64,000 nt of DNA, from NCBI GenBank assembly GCA_030917815.1, contig JAUPTZ010000001.1:2102-66101 (forward strand). Direction: 5' to 3'. Every line of letters starts with the position of its first letter. Positions within the stretch are counted from its first letter, which is position 1. Position numbers and translations under genes: made by a program. The DNA comes from Candidatus Babelota bacterium (GTDB lineage: Bacteria > Babelota > Babeliae > Babelales > JAUPTZ01). The notes beneath the pieces were generated by a model. The model saw nothing but the letters and a program-made list of their open reading frames with translations, was not told where the DNA came from and did not search any database. Below are positions 1-10,400 of this stretch, piece by piece.

Positions 1-211
1 CCATTTTTTTATGCGCTTTGAGACAGAGTACTGCATATGCGGTGGCACCGATTCCGCTAACACCAGCGATTTTAGCCGAGCGGGTAGCAAAAAGGTTAGA
101 AATGTTTGAGGAAGATTCGGTGGCAGCAGTGCCGCTTATTGCGCTGAAGGGCATACCGAGCGATAGTGCGACGAGGACGAATAACGCATAGGTTTTATGT
201 CTCAATTGCAT
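1..211 (-). CDS. 5' part (first ~70 codons) of a membrane-anchored protein of the local leader family; the gene continues beyond the left window edge
   Basis: Not in the ORF track because there is no stop in the window. ATG at 211 is preceded by AAGGAA. The reverse-strand translation MQLRHKTYALFVLVALSLGMPFSAISGTAATESSSNISNLFATRSAKIAGVSGIGATAYAVLCLKAHKKM stays open to position 2. SAKIAGVSGIGATAYAVLCLKAH parallels VAKVAGVSGVAALVLIALCVKAH of the 32564 protein. Confidence 0.55.
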   Translation of the reverse strand, partial: MQLRHKTYALFVLVALSLGMPFSAISGTAATESSSNISNLFATRSAKIAGVSGIGATAYAVLCLKAHKKM

Positions 212-310
212 ACGGTTCCTTGGCTAGCGGTTTAAGGATAAATGGTTACAATATGTATCTATTCTAGCGTATTCTCCCTAAAAAATACAATAGTTAATCC
301 GGTAGCTGCC

Positions 311-3300
311 TTAGGCGGCGATGGCCGCTTGAGGGGATTTTGGAGTGTCTGCAGGAGTGTTAGATGAAGGGGCATCATCGCTAAAAATAGCGGTAACATC
401 GGCAACCACTTGTTGATCATCGCTCAGTGGGGCATCGTTTGCGGTTGGGGGTGCCGTTTTTATTGTGCTGCTTGGTGTGGCTACCGTCACAAAATCACCC
501 GGGTTAAGTGATTTTAAGAAATCGGCAGATGATTCTGGTACTGGTCGTTTGGCTTCTGCGGCAGGGGCTGCTGCGGTGGTGCTTGGTACTGCAACACCGG
601 TTGATGCGGTGGTGGCCACCGCTTCTTCAGGAGTAGCTTTCATCAAAGCGGCAATCGTCGGCGGTAGATAGCGTGGATCTGATGGGTCGGTTACCGGAGG
701 TTCTTCTTTTGGCGCCGTTGCTATTTGTATGCCGGCTACTTTTTTATTTGCTTTTGGACTGGTAATGGCTTGTGCATCAATAACTGTAATGTTTTCGTAC
801 AATACATTAGTACTACCGCTGCTTAACGCAAAGTACGCGACAGTGTCTGGTGAGTCCGGCTTTGGATTATTCCAAGAGAAGAGCTCTTTGCTGTGAGGGT
901 CGCCGGTACCAACGCTGATCGTGTTGTTTTGGTAGGTAATCCAGAGTGATTTGGTTATTGGTTTGACCGTTACATCAAATTTTCCTGCAACCGTATCTTT
1001 ATCCATGATGACCGACTTGGTATTTTTCCATCCACCAAGGATAACGGCGTAGCGTGGCATCATGCTTGGTATATTGTTGAGGCCAATGTAGACCTCACCG
1101 TTTGATGCGGTGACGTCACAGGTGAGTGTTTGCCCCATTTTGAGTTTCCAGTGTGGATTCCAGGTAAAAACTCCTTGTTTATTATAAGAGTTGTAGATCG
1201 AATTAACTGGCCATGAAATACCTTTGACTGAGGCCATTTGTTCTACGGTAATCATTTGATCGTTAGCGGCCAGTGCATAGTAGATGATTCCTCTATCGGC
1301 CTCAATCGTATCATCATGCCAGAAGAGGAGGATGTTGGTCCCCGGTTTGTCTCCCAGACCAACGCAGACGCTGCCGTGGTCATAAAGCACCCAATAAAAA
1401 GCCGGAACATATTGATTTTTGATAACTGCATTGGCGCTATCAATTGCGGCAACTACGCTTCCATTTGACTTGATAACCGTACGGCTATTTTTATCGGCAC
1501 CGATAACGACTTCGTAGAGTGGTGTGCCTCCGGTACTATTATGCAGCCCTATGCAGAGGTCATTAGCGCCTCGAGCTTTGAGAACGATGCCTCCAAAATC
1601 GGACTGAAGGAGTCGCCATGTTTGGTCAAACTTATATTTTCCTCGGTTGGCCGGTATAACGTACTGATCTACTTTTTCTTGTTTGGCAACCGGCAGGTTC
1701 TGTATGTTGCTGTAGCGTACGTTGCTGGCATCGCTGCTGAAACTAAAATAGGTCGCCTCACTGCTCATGCTATCTTTCCAGTCAAGGAAGGTTTTTACAC
1801 CCGGTTTGTTGCCGGCGCCAACGCTGATATGATCTTCATTGAAAATTACCCAGTACGTGCTTGCATGACTAGGAACGCTGACAACGCCTCGTGCATCGGT
1901 AATCGATTCAACAATATTCCCTTGTTTTTTTATCTGTGCGCCGGTGTTTTTATTGGCACCAATAATTACTTCAAACAACGGGTTTGCCAGTGTTGCAAGT
2001 TTGTTGTCGAGTCCAAAGTAGTAAGGCCCGTCTCCTTGGACATCAAAGACAATGCTGCCTGCACTGTTAGCGCTCAACTTCCATTTATCTGAGAAGGTGT
2101 AGGTGCCTTTACGCATATTGGCCGAAAAACTGGTATTTCTTTTAAGTACACTGGTTGAAGATCTTTGGCTTTCAATAGTGCGATACGTTGCTTGGCCGGT
2201 ACTGCTGCTTACCGAAAAGCGTTGCATGATATCAACCACATTAATATTTTGGTAATCGGCTAAGAGCGAGTCATTATTTTGGGTTGTTCCTTGACCCACT
2301 GCAATGTACCCTTTATCAAAAACAATCCAGAATGCTTGAAAATCTTCTTTACTTACGAGTGGTTGGCTGCCGAGTTCACTCGTCGCTACGAGGACGCCAT
2401 TTTGTGTGATGGTGCAATTTTTGCCAATTTTAATGACATAGGTCGGTTCTGCTTTAGTGCCGGTAAGGCCGATAACTGCTTCGCTGTCGGTTTTTACTTC
2501 AAAGGTTATGAGGCCTTGTTCCGGCTTTGCCAGGGCCCATGGCGATAACCAATTAAACACTCCTTTTTCTTGGCACGCGCTATACGTCTGGTAAGCCGGC
2601 ATTGCATTGCCGGGGAGTTGGGTGGTGTCTTGGTAGGTTGCATCGCCGTTGGCGCTTGCTAAGGCAAAATGGGTAATCTCTTTGGCCGGCTCTCGGTCAA
2701 GCCATTCCAGGACCGTATTTTTATGAGGATCGCTATTACGCCCCACGGTGAGATGTCCTTTATGGTAGCTAATCCAAAATCCATAAAAATTGTCACCGTC
2801 TGGCAACAATGCATCGCTATCGGTGCTTCGTGCTACGACAGTCTTGTTTTTGCGCACAGTTGCTTCTTTACCGTTTATAAATACTTCGTATACGGCACCG
2901 CTTTTTTGGTTGCCAATGCCTATACACAGAGTGCCTGATGAGCGTGCATTCAAAGTCATGATACCTGCGTCTGGTTTATGAAGTTTCCAGGCCTCTTCCC
3001 AGACGTAAGTAGCGGTTGGTTGCGGGGTATGAGTGGTATAGGCTTCTGCAAGCAATGCATCACCATATTCGGTAACAATGATCGGATCTTTGGGATCAAG
3101 AGCGGCAATTTTTTTGCAATATAAGGAAGCTTGCGTTTGATTGCCTATAGCAAATGAGGTGAATGCCGGTTTCGCCGGCAGTGTTGTCTGCCCAATAATA
3201 TCTTTTTGCGTGACCGGGCCATGGCCATAGGCGAGCGCGCCAGTGGCTTTATTGTAATGTACCCAATAGGGATAAAAATTAAAGGGATCGGTTATGTAGG

Positions 3301-5497
3301 TTGCTTTGTTTTCGGTGGTAACGAGGATAGCTCCTTTGTCGTCGGCTACGGTAGTTTTTGTACCGCCTGCATCGCCAACGACCAGCGTGTAGATCTCTTT
3401 TGCATCGGTCTGTAGGCCAACGCTGAAGCCGAATTGAGTTTTTGCCGCAAAGATGAGAAGCAGGTCATCGGTATTGGGGAGAGTCCAGCTGCTGCGCCAT
3501 GTCAGTGGTGTTTGTGGCCCGGCCGTAAATTGAGTGCCACGGCGTAATGGTTTATCGAGAGGAAGAGCTGCAATCGAATTAAATTCAACATGATCGGTGT
3601 TATTAGTAAAGCAGAAATGGGTGAGTGGTTGTTTATCGGTTGGTGTTTCAAGAATAACATCGTTGCCGGGAGTGGTACCGGTGCCCAACATGCAGTAACC
3701 GTCTTCATCATAGGCAAACCAGTAGGGGGTATAGCTACTTTTAGCGGCGATTATTGCTTCGGTATCGGTAGTTTCAGAAATAACTTTTTTGGTGTGATCA
3801 CTGAGTGTTGTTTTTGTGTTTTTCTCGGCACCAATAGTGCAGAGCAATGTATACGAGTTGTCGGTTGAGGTGCCATTTGTGTGTAAAGCAAGGCACATGT
3901 CACTCGCTCCTTTTCCATGCCACGTTACAATGCCTTTTCCGGCGGTTGGGAGTGCCCATGTTTCATTCCATGTGCATGCAAAATGACGATTAACCGCACT
4001 GGCCATAGTGCCGATTGGGCAGGCGACAGCCGGCTGTATAACGATATCGCGAATTTCTACCGGATTATCCCAGCTACTGAACGAAACATATTGGATAGGG
4101 CATCCACCACCGCCTTCGGTTGGTTTTTTTGCCGGATCGATTGGCGTTGCCGGCGTGTCATGATGCTCGGCGGGAGCTGCAGAATGGGCCGGTGCAGTGG
4201 ATGAAGGTGGCGCTTCGGCCAGTATGTTGACGATAACCGATGGGGCCATTGTTGCCGGGTCTGCATACATTTCACTGATAATATTTTTTGATGGGTTCGT
4301 GCCGCTACCGATTACAAAATGACCGTTGTTGAACGTTGCCCAGTACGGATGATACGTTTTATTGCTGCTGTCTGAAAGGGTTGCATCAGGGTCTTGTGAG
4401 ATGGCAAGATAGTTGTAGGTTTTACCATCGGGCGCGCTCGTAGCCATTGTTGCTTTGCTATTGCCTTCAGCGCCAATGGCTGCGAGATATCGCGCAAAAG
4501 TAGCATGGGGATTATCACTTAAGCCAATGGCAATGTGTTGCGATGCTTTTGCGGTAAAGGTTATGGTACCGTTGTTAAGTGCCGGTAATTTGAGTGGCCA
4601 TGAGAATTGGTTATAGGCATTGTATGAGCTGTATTGTGAACCAAATGCTTGAGTGCTTGGCGGACCGGTATGAATGTTTACAAAAGCGAGTTGATTGTCT
4701 TGTGAAGAGAACGAGAAATATTGAATTTTTTCGGGCAAATTAGGAACATTCCAATCAAACAGAAGTTCTTTGCCCGGTGTTGCGCCACGGCCAACCGAAA
4801 CATATCCCTTGTTAAAACTTGCCCAATAGGTTTGAAAGCCACCGTCTTTTTTTTGTAGTACGAGTCCGTTCGGATCGCCACTGGAGAAGAGTACTACGTT
4901 ATTTTGATCACGGATGACGTTAATCGAATTTTGCTTTGTGCCCAGTAAAATATCAAAATCTTTGTTATGTACCTGTTCTTTTTCATGTACTTCATGATGG
5001 AACGCGATATGTATTTCCCGATCGCCGGCAACATCAAAGATAACGCTGCCACTATCGGCTTCAGGAAGCTTCCATTTTTCGATCCAGCGAAACGTATTTT
5101 TCATGTTATTAACGGTGTACGATACCGGATCTTTTTCATCTACAATGCTGGCCGTTTCATCCGGGGTAAGGAAATCAATCGTCCCCATGCTTTTTATGTC
5201 TTCGGCGGTGAAGGGGAACTTTTGGCGCATTGCGGCTAGGCGTTGTGCGTTCTCGGCCTGGATTTTTTTCAGTGCATCATCACGATCCCGCAATTGTTTT
5301 TTGATGCCGGTTTGTTCTACTACGGTGGTATTTTTTTTGACTTCTAACGCGGTGAGATCGGATAAGAACGCTTTGCGGTGTTCTGCGATTTTTGCAAAGA
5401 TATCATCTTTAGATCCATGTGACAGCGGGTTGAAAATATCTGCGATCATGTTGCCAAAGCTTGCAAGCGTTCTCTCCGGATGAGTAAGGTCAAGCAC
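311..5497 (-). CDS. giant (1728 aa) repeat protein with nine tandem FAMeT-like (Methyltransf_FA-type) beta modules, a helical N-terminus and a P/A/T/S-rich tail
   Basis: 5187-nt ORF. Nine ~150-aa modules each carry IGxxKN(T/S)xxxI, (Y/F)W(V/I)x(F/Y)xxGx(I/V)xVGxG..PG and YF(S/A)(F/L)SS-type motifs. Examples are YEVVIGADKNSRTVIK...FYWVLYDHGSVCVGLGDKPG and AVILGGWKNTKSVIM...SLWITYQNNTISVGTGDP. The listed GTG start has no SD, and the frame stays open upstream to the stop of the preceding gene. Confidence 0.9.
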   Translation of the reverse strand: MLDLTHPERTLASFGNMIADIFNPLSHGSKDDIFAKIAEHRKAFLSDLTALEVKKNTTVVEQTGIKKQLRDRDDALKKIQAENAQRLAAMRQKFPFTAEDIKSMGTIDFLTPDETASIVDEKDPVSYTVNNMKNTFRWIEKWKLPEADSGSVIFDVAGDREIHIAFHHEVHEKEQVHNKDFDILLGTKQNSINVIRDQNNVVLFSSGDPNGLVLQKKDGGFQTYWASFNKGYVSVGRGATPGKELLFDWNVPNLPEKIQYFSFSSQDNQLAFVNIHTGPPSTQAFGSQYSSYNAYNQFSWPLKLPALNNGTITFTAKASQHIAIGLSDNPHATFARYLAAIGAEGNSKATMATSAPDGKTYNYLAISQDPDATLSDSSNKTYHPYWATFNNGHFVIGSGTNPSKNIISEMYADPATMAPSVIVNILAEAPPSSTAPAHSAAPAEHHDTPATPIDPAKKPTEGGGGCPIQYVSFSSWDNPVEIRDIVIQPAVACPIGTMASAVNRHFACTWNETWALPTAGKGIVTWHGKGASDMCLALHTNGTSTDNSYTLLCTIGAEKNTKTTLSDHTKKVISETTDTEAIIAAKSSYTPYWFAYDEDGYCMLGTGTTPGNDVILETPTDKQPLTHFCFTNNTDHVEFNSIAALPLDKPLRRGTQFTAGPQTPLTWRSSWTLPNTDDLLLIFAAKTQFGFSVGLQTDAKEIYTLVVGDAGGTKTTVADDKGAILVTTENKATYITDPFNFYPYWVHYNKATGALAYGHGPVTQKDIIGQTTLPAKPAFTSFAIGNQTQASLYCKKIAALDPKDPIIVTEYGDALLAEAYTTHTPQPTATYVWEEAWKLHKPDAGIMTLNARSSGTLCIGIGNQKSGAVYEVFINGKEATVRKNKTVVARSTDSDALLPDGDNFYGFWISYHKGHLTVGRNSDPHKNTVLEWLDREPAKEITHFALASANGDATYQDTTQLPGNAMPAYQTYSACQEKGVFNWLSPWALAKPEQGLITFEVKTDSEAVIGLTGTKAEPTYVIKIGKNCTITQNGVLVATSELGSQPLVSKEDFQAFWIVFDKGYIAVGQGTTQNNDSLLADYQNINVVDIMQRFSVSSSTGQATYRTIESQRSSTSVLKRNTSFSANMRKGTYTFSDKWKLSANSAGSIVFDVQGDGPYYFGLDNKLATLANPLFEVIIGANKNTGAQIKKQGNIVESITDARGVVSVPSHASTYWVIFNEDHISVGAGNKPGVKTFLDWKDSMSSEATYFSFSSDASNVRYSNIQNLPVAKQEKVDQYVIPANRGKYKFDQTWRLLQSDFGGIVLKARGANDLCIGLHNSTGGTPLYEVVIGADKNSRTVIKSNGSVVAAIDSANAVIKNQYVPAFYWVLYDHGSVCVGLGDKPGTNILLFWHDDTIEADRGIIYYALAANDQMITVEQMASVKGISWPVNSIYNSYNKQGVFTWNPHWKLKMGQTLTCDVTASNGEVYIGLNNIPSMMPRYAVILGGWKNTKSVIMDKDTVAGKFDVTVKPITKSLWITYQNNTISVGTGDPHSKELFSWNNPKPDSPDTVAYFALSSGSTNVLYENITVIDAQAITSPKANKKVAGIQIATAPKEEPPVTDPSDPRYLPPTIAALMKATPEEAVATTASTGVAVPSTTAAAPAAEAKRPVPESSADFLKSLNPGDFVTVATPSSTIKTAPPTANDAPLSDDQQVVADVTAIFSDDAPSSNTPADTPKSPQAAIAA

Positions 5498-5722
5498 CAG
5501 CTTTAAATTTTTCTTTACGCCAAACAGGTGGATCAGTAGAAAGAGGTCAAGTGATCCTTGTACGACATTTTTTATCGAACATCTGAATGCTGCACCATCA
5601 ATTCTAAAAACTTCAAAAGCTGCGGTGATGATACCTTTGACCGCAATGGTCAGTCCTTTGGTTATTTCTTCGTTAGCTTTAAATGCGGCCCATGCAGTAA
5701 TTAAGGTTCCTTGCGCGACGTA

Positions 5723-7414
5723 TTATGAAAGATTTGTTGTATTGAGTGCTAGACTGAATGCTAATACCTCGGCTAACTCTTCGATGGTCAGGGGATTTGC
5801 TGCTACCAAAGCGGCTTCAAGGCCGACGTATGATGCTTTGAGCGCTACTTCTCCGGCTGCATAGGAGAGTGCGTAGGTGACTGTTAATATTTCTGAAAGT
5901 GGTAAAACCAACGCTTTGACCGTTTCAAGCACGCCGATGGCAACACCGCGTGCCGTTTCGACTGCCGCTACGCGTACACTCCAATACGTAAGCTCAGCAA
6001 CCTTCCAAAACTCGTACCATTTCATGCCACGAGCAACGCGCTTAAGGCTCGCGATAGCATGATGTACTTCGGAATTAAGTGAGTTTACTTTGGTAACAGC
6101 GGCCGCAATTTTCTTTCTGCCCTCAAGCATTTTTTTTCGAGCGGCGAGAATTTTTCCCAATTCGTGGCCAAGATTTCTATCGGCTTCTTCTACCGCCTTT
6201 ACCGCCGAGTCAATTCCTTTTTGTGCGCCATTCATTGCGGCAAAATAAGCGGCTTGTGCGTGCTTAAGTTTTGCACTGAGATTGCTAATGTCGTGTTTAA
6301 GTCCATCAACTTTTTTGCGTGCATTCTCAATTCCTTTCTCAGCTTTTTTATACACATTGACTAATGCATCACCAACTTTGGTTACGGCCGCCTTTGCTTC
6401 TTTTTCTATGAACCCAATGAAGTTATTTTCTACGGCTCCTTCTAGAAAAAAATCACCGTCGTTGAGTTTAAATTCGGCAAGAAAGGTGGTGGAAAACATG
6501 CCAAACAAATTGGCGTAAGTCATTAAGTGAATGGTCTCTGAGGCAATAATAAGATCGATTTCTGCCATTGCACCAAAAAGGTCAACCAATCCGCTTAGGG
6601 TCACTTTTTGCACCTTCTTATCAAGCCGTATTTCGGCGAGTACGCCATCGTCGGCAGTTCCATACTTACCATCAGGCCCAACGCCGGTGATTTTTATAAG
6701 ATTGGCAACGTTGATCTCTTTCATATAGGCCTGTAGGAGTAATCCCTCGGTATTCACGGCGAATGTGGCGCGAAGATATGCGCCCCAACCGAGCGACATT
6801 TTTGCGGTCATGCCAAAACCGTTTTTTGAAATATCTACACCGGCCTCTTTGAGTCCGGTTAAATTATAGGCAAACAAATCGGTATCTTTTTTTACAGCAG
6901 TTGTTTTTTCGGTTTCATTTTTTTGTGCAGCGGCAAGAATTGTTTTCTTTTCCGCTTTGGCAGCCTCTACTTTAGCCGCACTTTCCTCGGCAGTTATTGG
7001 CGCCGGCCCTGTGTCCGGTTCAGGTGCCGGTAATGCCACTGCCGGTACGATTGCATTATCCGATTCGCTCGGATCAAATGCAGCTACGTTATCGGTGTGT
7101 GCAGTAGCCATATACGACACCGGCTTTTCATTTGGATCGGTACCATCAACCATCGCCATTTCGGCCTGAGCATCGGATGGTGGATTGGTGCCATCGCTAG
7201 TGTCTGCATTATCGGTGGCGACTTTTTCAGTAGCCGGCTCGGCCGATTTTGGTGCGGCATCGGTGGTCGATGCTGGAGTCACTGGTGCAACGGCCGGGGC
7301 CGGAGTGGTTGTTGGATGCGTGGTAGCGAAGAGGAGAAGGGACAGGCAGGTGAATACTACGATGATTGTGCGAGGAGCACCGTTGTTCGGCGATCCGGTT
7401 GGAGTATGATTCAT
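5723..7414 (-). CDS. secreted or membrane-anchored hypothetical protein (563 aa) with a GK-YGTADDG domain and a long helical C-terminal half
   Basis: ATG at 7414 is preceded by AAGGA; the ORF-track start at 7438 would overlap the upstream gene by 20 nt. It has a hydrophobic anchor IIVVFTCLSLLLFATT and a P/A/T-rich spacer. The segment KITGVGPDGKYGTADDGVLAEIRL...LFGAMAEIDL is paralogous to the C-terminus of the 7419..10637 protein. The C-terminal half is coiled-coil and hydrophobic helical. Confidence 0.8.
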   Translation of the reverse strand: MNHTPTGSPNNGAPRTIIVVFTCLSLLLFATTHPTTTPAPAVAPVTPASTTDAAPKSAEPATEKVATDNADTSDGTNPPSDAQAEMAMVDGTDPNEKPVSYMATAHTDNVAAFDPSESDNAIVPAVALPAPEPDTGPAPITAEESAAKVEAAKAEKKTILAAAQKNETEKTTAVKKDTDLFAYNLTGLKEAGVDISKNGFGMTAKMSLGWGAYLRATFAVNTEGLLLQAYMKEINVANLIKITGVGPDGKYGTADDGVLAEIRLDKKVQKVTLSGLVDLFGAMAEIDLIIASETIHLMTYANLFGMFSTTFLAEFKLNDGDFFLEGAVENNFIGFIEKEAKAAVTKVGDALVNVYKKAEKGIENARKKVDGLKHDISNLSAKLKHAQAAYFAAMNGAQKGIDSAVKAVEEADRNLGHELGKILAARKKMLEGRKKIAAAVTKVNSLNSEVHHAIASLKRVARGMKWYEFWKVAELTYWSVRVAAVETARGVAIGVLETVKALVLPLSEILTVTYALSYAAGEVALKASYVGLEAALVAANPLTIEELAEVLAFSLALNTTNLS

Positions 7415-7418
7415 GGTG

Positions 7419-10400
7419 TTATCCTTGTGCGCGAACATAAAACTCTACGTCGGTAAGACCAAATTTAGGAATAAGGTCGCTTGGTATATGACAAATATCG
7501 GCAATGTCGTGGAGCGTGAGCGCATCGTATTTGCCGGCAAAACTACAGCCGAGCGTATTGATATCGCCAAATAACATTGCTTGTGCCGACTTACCTAATT
7601 TAATGGTACCATTGGCGCGAAAACCAAGGCGCCATCCTTTATGGTACGTTTCGCCAACGATGTGTGCATCAAGAATGCCAAGAAGCTTCATAAGCATCTT
7701 AAAGCGAAGATGGAGGAGGCCGATATCAATTTCTATTTCGGCCGATGAGCCAAAAAGTTCGGCCATTGCAGAAACAAAAATGCGTTGTTCAGTCAGTGAT
7801 AATGCGGCATAAAAAATAGGGCCATCGTCGGCTGTGTTGTATTTTCTATCTTTTCCTTTGCCGGTAATTTTTAGCGGACCAAGATTGAATTTTGGCATCA
7901 TCGCATACAGCTTAAACCCGCCCATGATATCGAGGTTAAATCCTGCTTCAAGTTTGGTATTGATGACATACGGAATTTTAAGTACCAGTTTCCCTGAGGC
8001 GCTTATACCAGGGTCAAAATAGATTTGTCCGATTTGCCCACCGATTGGCGCGAACTTAAATTTTACATCATAGAGTGATATGTCAATTGCCTTGATGATA
8101 TCCAATGGGCCTAGATCAAGACCCATTTTGCGGATTAATGCAGGCAATACGAAGAGGGGCCATTCATTGATTTCAGCGAGGAGTAGAATACTGTTAGGTG
8201 CTATTTTAACCGCGGCACGCGCGATAATATCGCCGAGTTGGATAGCACCGGTGATGCCGGCACCAACCGGTGGAATGAGCGGTGCATAGGGTAGTGACAT
8301 TTCTACGGCAACATCGCTTACGGTAATGCCCGGAATGCTGAACGGGTGCCGCCAGACTCCTTGCATTGTTCCTGCTATGGTAAAGAATCCAGGGCTGAAC
8401 GCTATGCTCGCCGTGAAAATGAGTGGAGGCTTGCTTCGGTCGGTTATAAAGGCCAAAGAAACCATTATGGTAAGACTGCCGTCACCACTGATTTGAACAA
8501 TGATATTGTGAATGCTCACTCTGCTTGAGAGTTTTATATCAAGTGGTATCGCAATTTGGATGGTATACCAAGGCATTGATTTCAAGATTGTTATGCCGCC
8601 GATTAGCTTCTTTGGCAGAATGGGGAATATTTTGCGAACCGATTTAAAAAGGCCTTGCGACATATCAAGAGCGCCAAACATATTAAGGCCGGCCTGCATC
8701 ATCATGCCTGACTCGGCATCAAGATACGCACTTTTTACAAAACCGAAGGTGATTGTTTCAAAAACAAGCGAATCGCCAATACTGCCTTTAAGAGAGGGGA
8801 ATGAATCGGAAAGACGCCACGCTTTTTGGGTTGAGGCCATGATTCCTTTAGCGGCGCCAAGCAATACTTTTGCCTGTGTTGCAATACCAAAGAGAACGGT
8901 TTCGCCGCCGATAAATGTTTTTTTTGCCGAATCAATACCAAGAGCCGATTTATTTAAGATAAAGTCTTTAATTCCCGGTATTTCGTTGAGGCCGGGAATG
9001 CATTCAAGCGGTTTTATTGGTTTGCCGCCATTAATTTCTCCGGAAAATTGAACCATTCTTGTTTTTCCACCGAGCGCAGCGGCAGCGCCAGGTCCGAGCA
9101 TGCTCATATCCGGTTTTATGAGACGCAGGATTGGTACGATTTGAAGGCCAAACAAATTGAAGGTACTTTTTACCGCGACATTAAGGTTACTCTGCTCTTT
9201 GCCACTTGCATCGACCGACATGCCTTTCTGTGAAGAGAGAACAATATCTGGATTCTTAAATTTTATCGGGCCCCAATCAAATGAGTTTCCTAGGCTGCCG
9301 ATAAGCTCAAATTCACCATACGCTTTTCTGCCATGTACCGGTATATTAATAAGACCAACAACCGGCAGATTGCAAGAAATGATGCCGCCGATACCAATTT
9401 CTGCTTCTACTGCGCTGCTCCCAAGGTTCATTTGAATGTTCGGCTTGTCCAATGCAATATCGGTATCAAGTTGTAATGGTGTTGTCCCTTGTGCTTCAAG
9501 CATAATCGTAACACCACTGAAAATGATGGTAACGTCGGAGCTGCTTAAATGTGTTTTTCCGTAGAGTACAATTTGGTCGAGATTTGCCGTGGCAGTGATA
9601 GTGCTACTAGGAACACCACCAGAGGCGGCAAGTTCTTGTACGGCATTCAGCGGGTTAAGAAATGATATTGAAACGCCTGACAATGTTATGGTTTCGGCCT
9701 GTTTATTCCCTTTTGCTTGCGACACAATACTGGTAAGCGGAACATCTTCATCTATGGCGGCCGTTGCACCACTATTATTTGGTGTTTCAACACCAAAAGT
9801 AAGGGTCGTACCTTTCTTTCCTGGCGTGAACATTGACGATTTTGCGGTGAGTGTTGGGCCGGTAGGGGCAAGGCTCAAAGTAAGCGTGGAGATCGAGATT
9901 GGTTTTCCGGGGAGAATGTCGAAAGTGAACGGTTTTGCGCAGGTTAATTTTAAGCGGAGCTCAGGTGCCTTGTCGTCATATTTTATGACCGATACCGTAG
10001 CTTCGGTGTCCTTTATGGTGCAGGTACCAGAGAGCGAGAGGTGACCGGTTTTGTCCACGTATCCGGCGAGATCTTTAAACGAAAGCAGACCAACGCTGAG
10101 GCTTTTTTTGCCGGCTTTATCAATGATATCTTTGCGGGTAAGGCCGGCAGGAGAAACGGTTTTGTCGGCAATCGATTCCGGAGAAGGACCGAAGTTGAAA
10201 ATCCCAATTATTGGTAGGGAAACATCGGCACCGTCTACGGCGGTGTAGATGCCGGGGCCGGGGTCGTTGTCGCTGTCATCGCTCGATGACTGAGCCTCTT
10301 CTGCATCTGCCGTTTCTGGTGCATCATCCTTAGTGGTTCCAGTTTCGTCAGGGGTGGTCGCATCAGGAGAATCTTTACTCTTTTCGGCCGCATCGAGGAG

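Noticed and set aside
465-5483. Numerous plus-strand ORFs (60-183 aa, for example 1541..2092 and 5103..5483) nested inside the 1728-aa gene.
   Set aside because: They are antisense to a long ORF that has strong, periodic, domain-level protein signal. Their translations are low-complexity or Cys/Phe/Ile-rich without motifs and have no SD-linked starts. They are treated as shadow ORFs.
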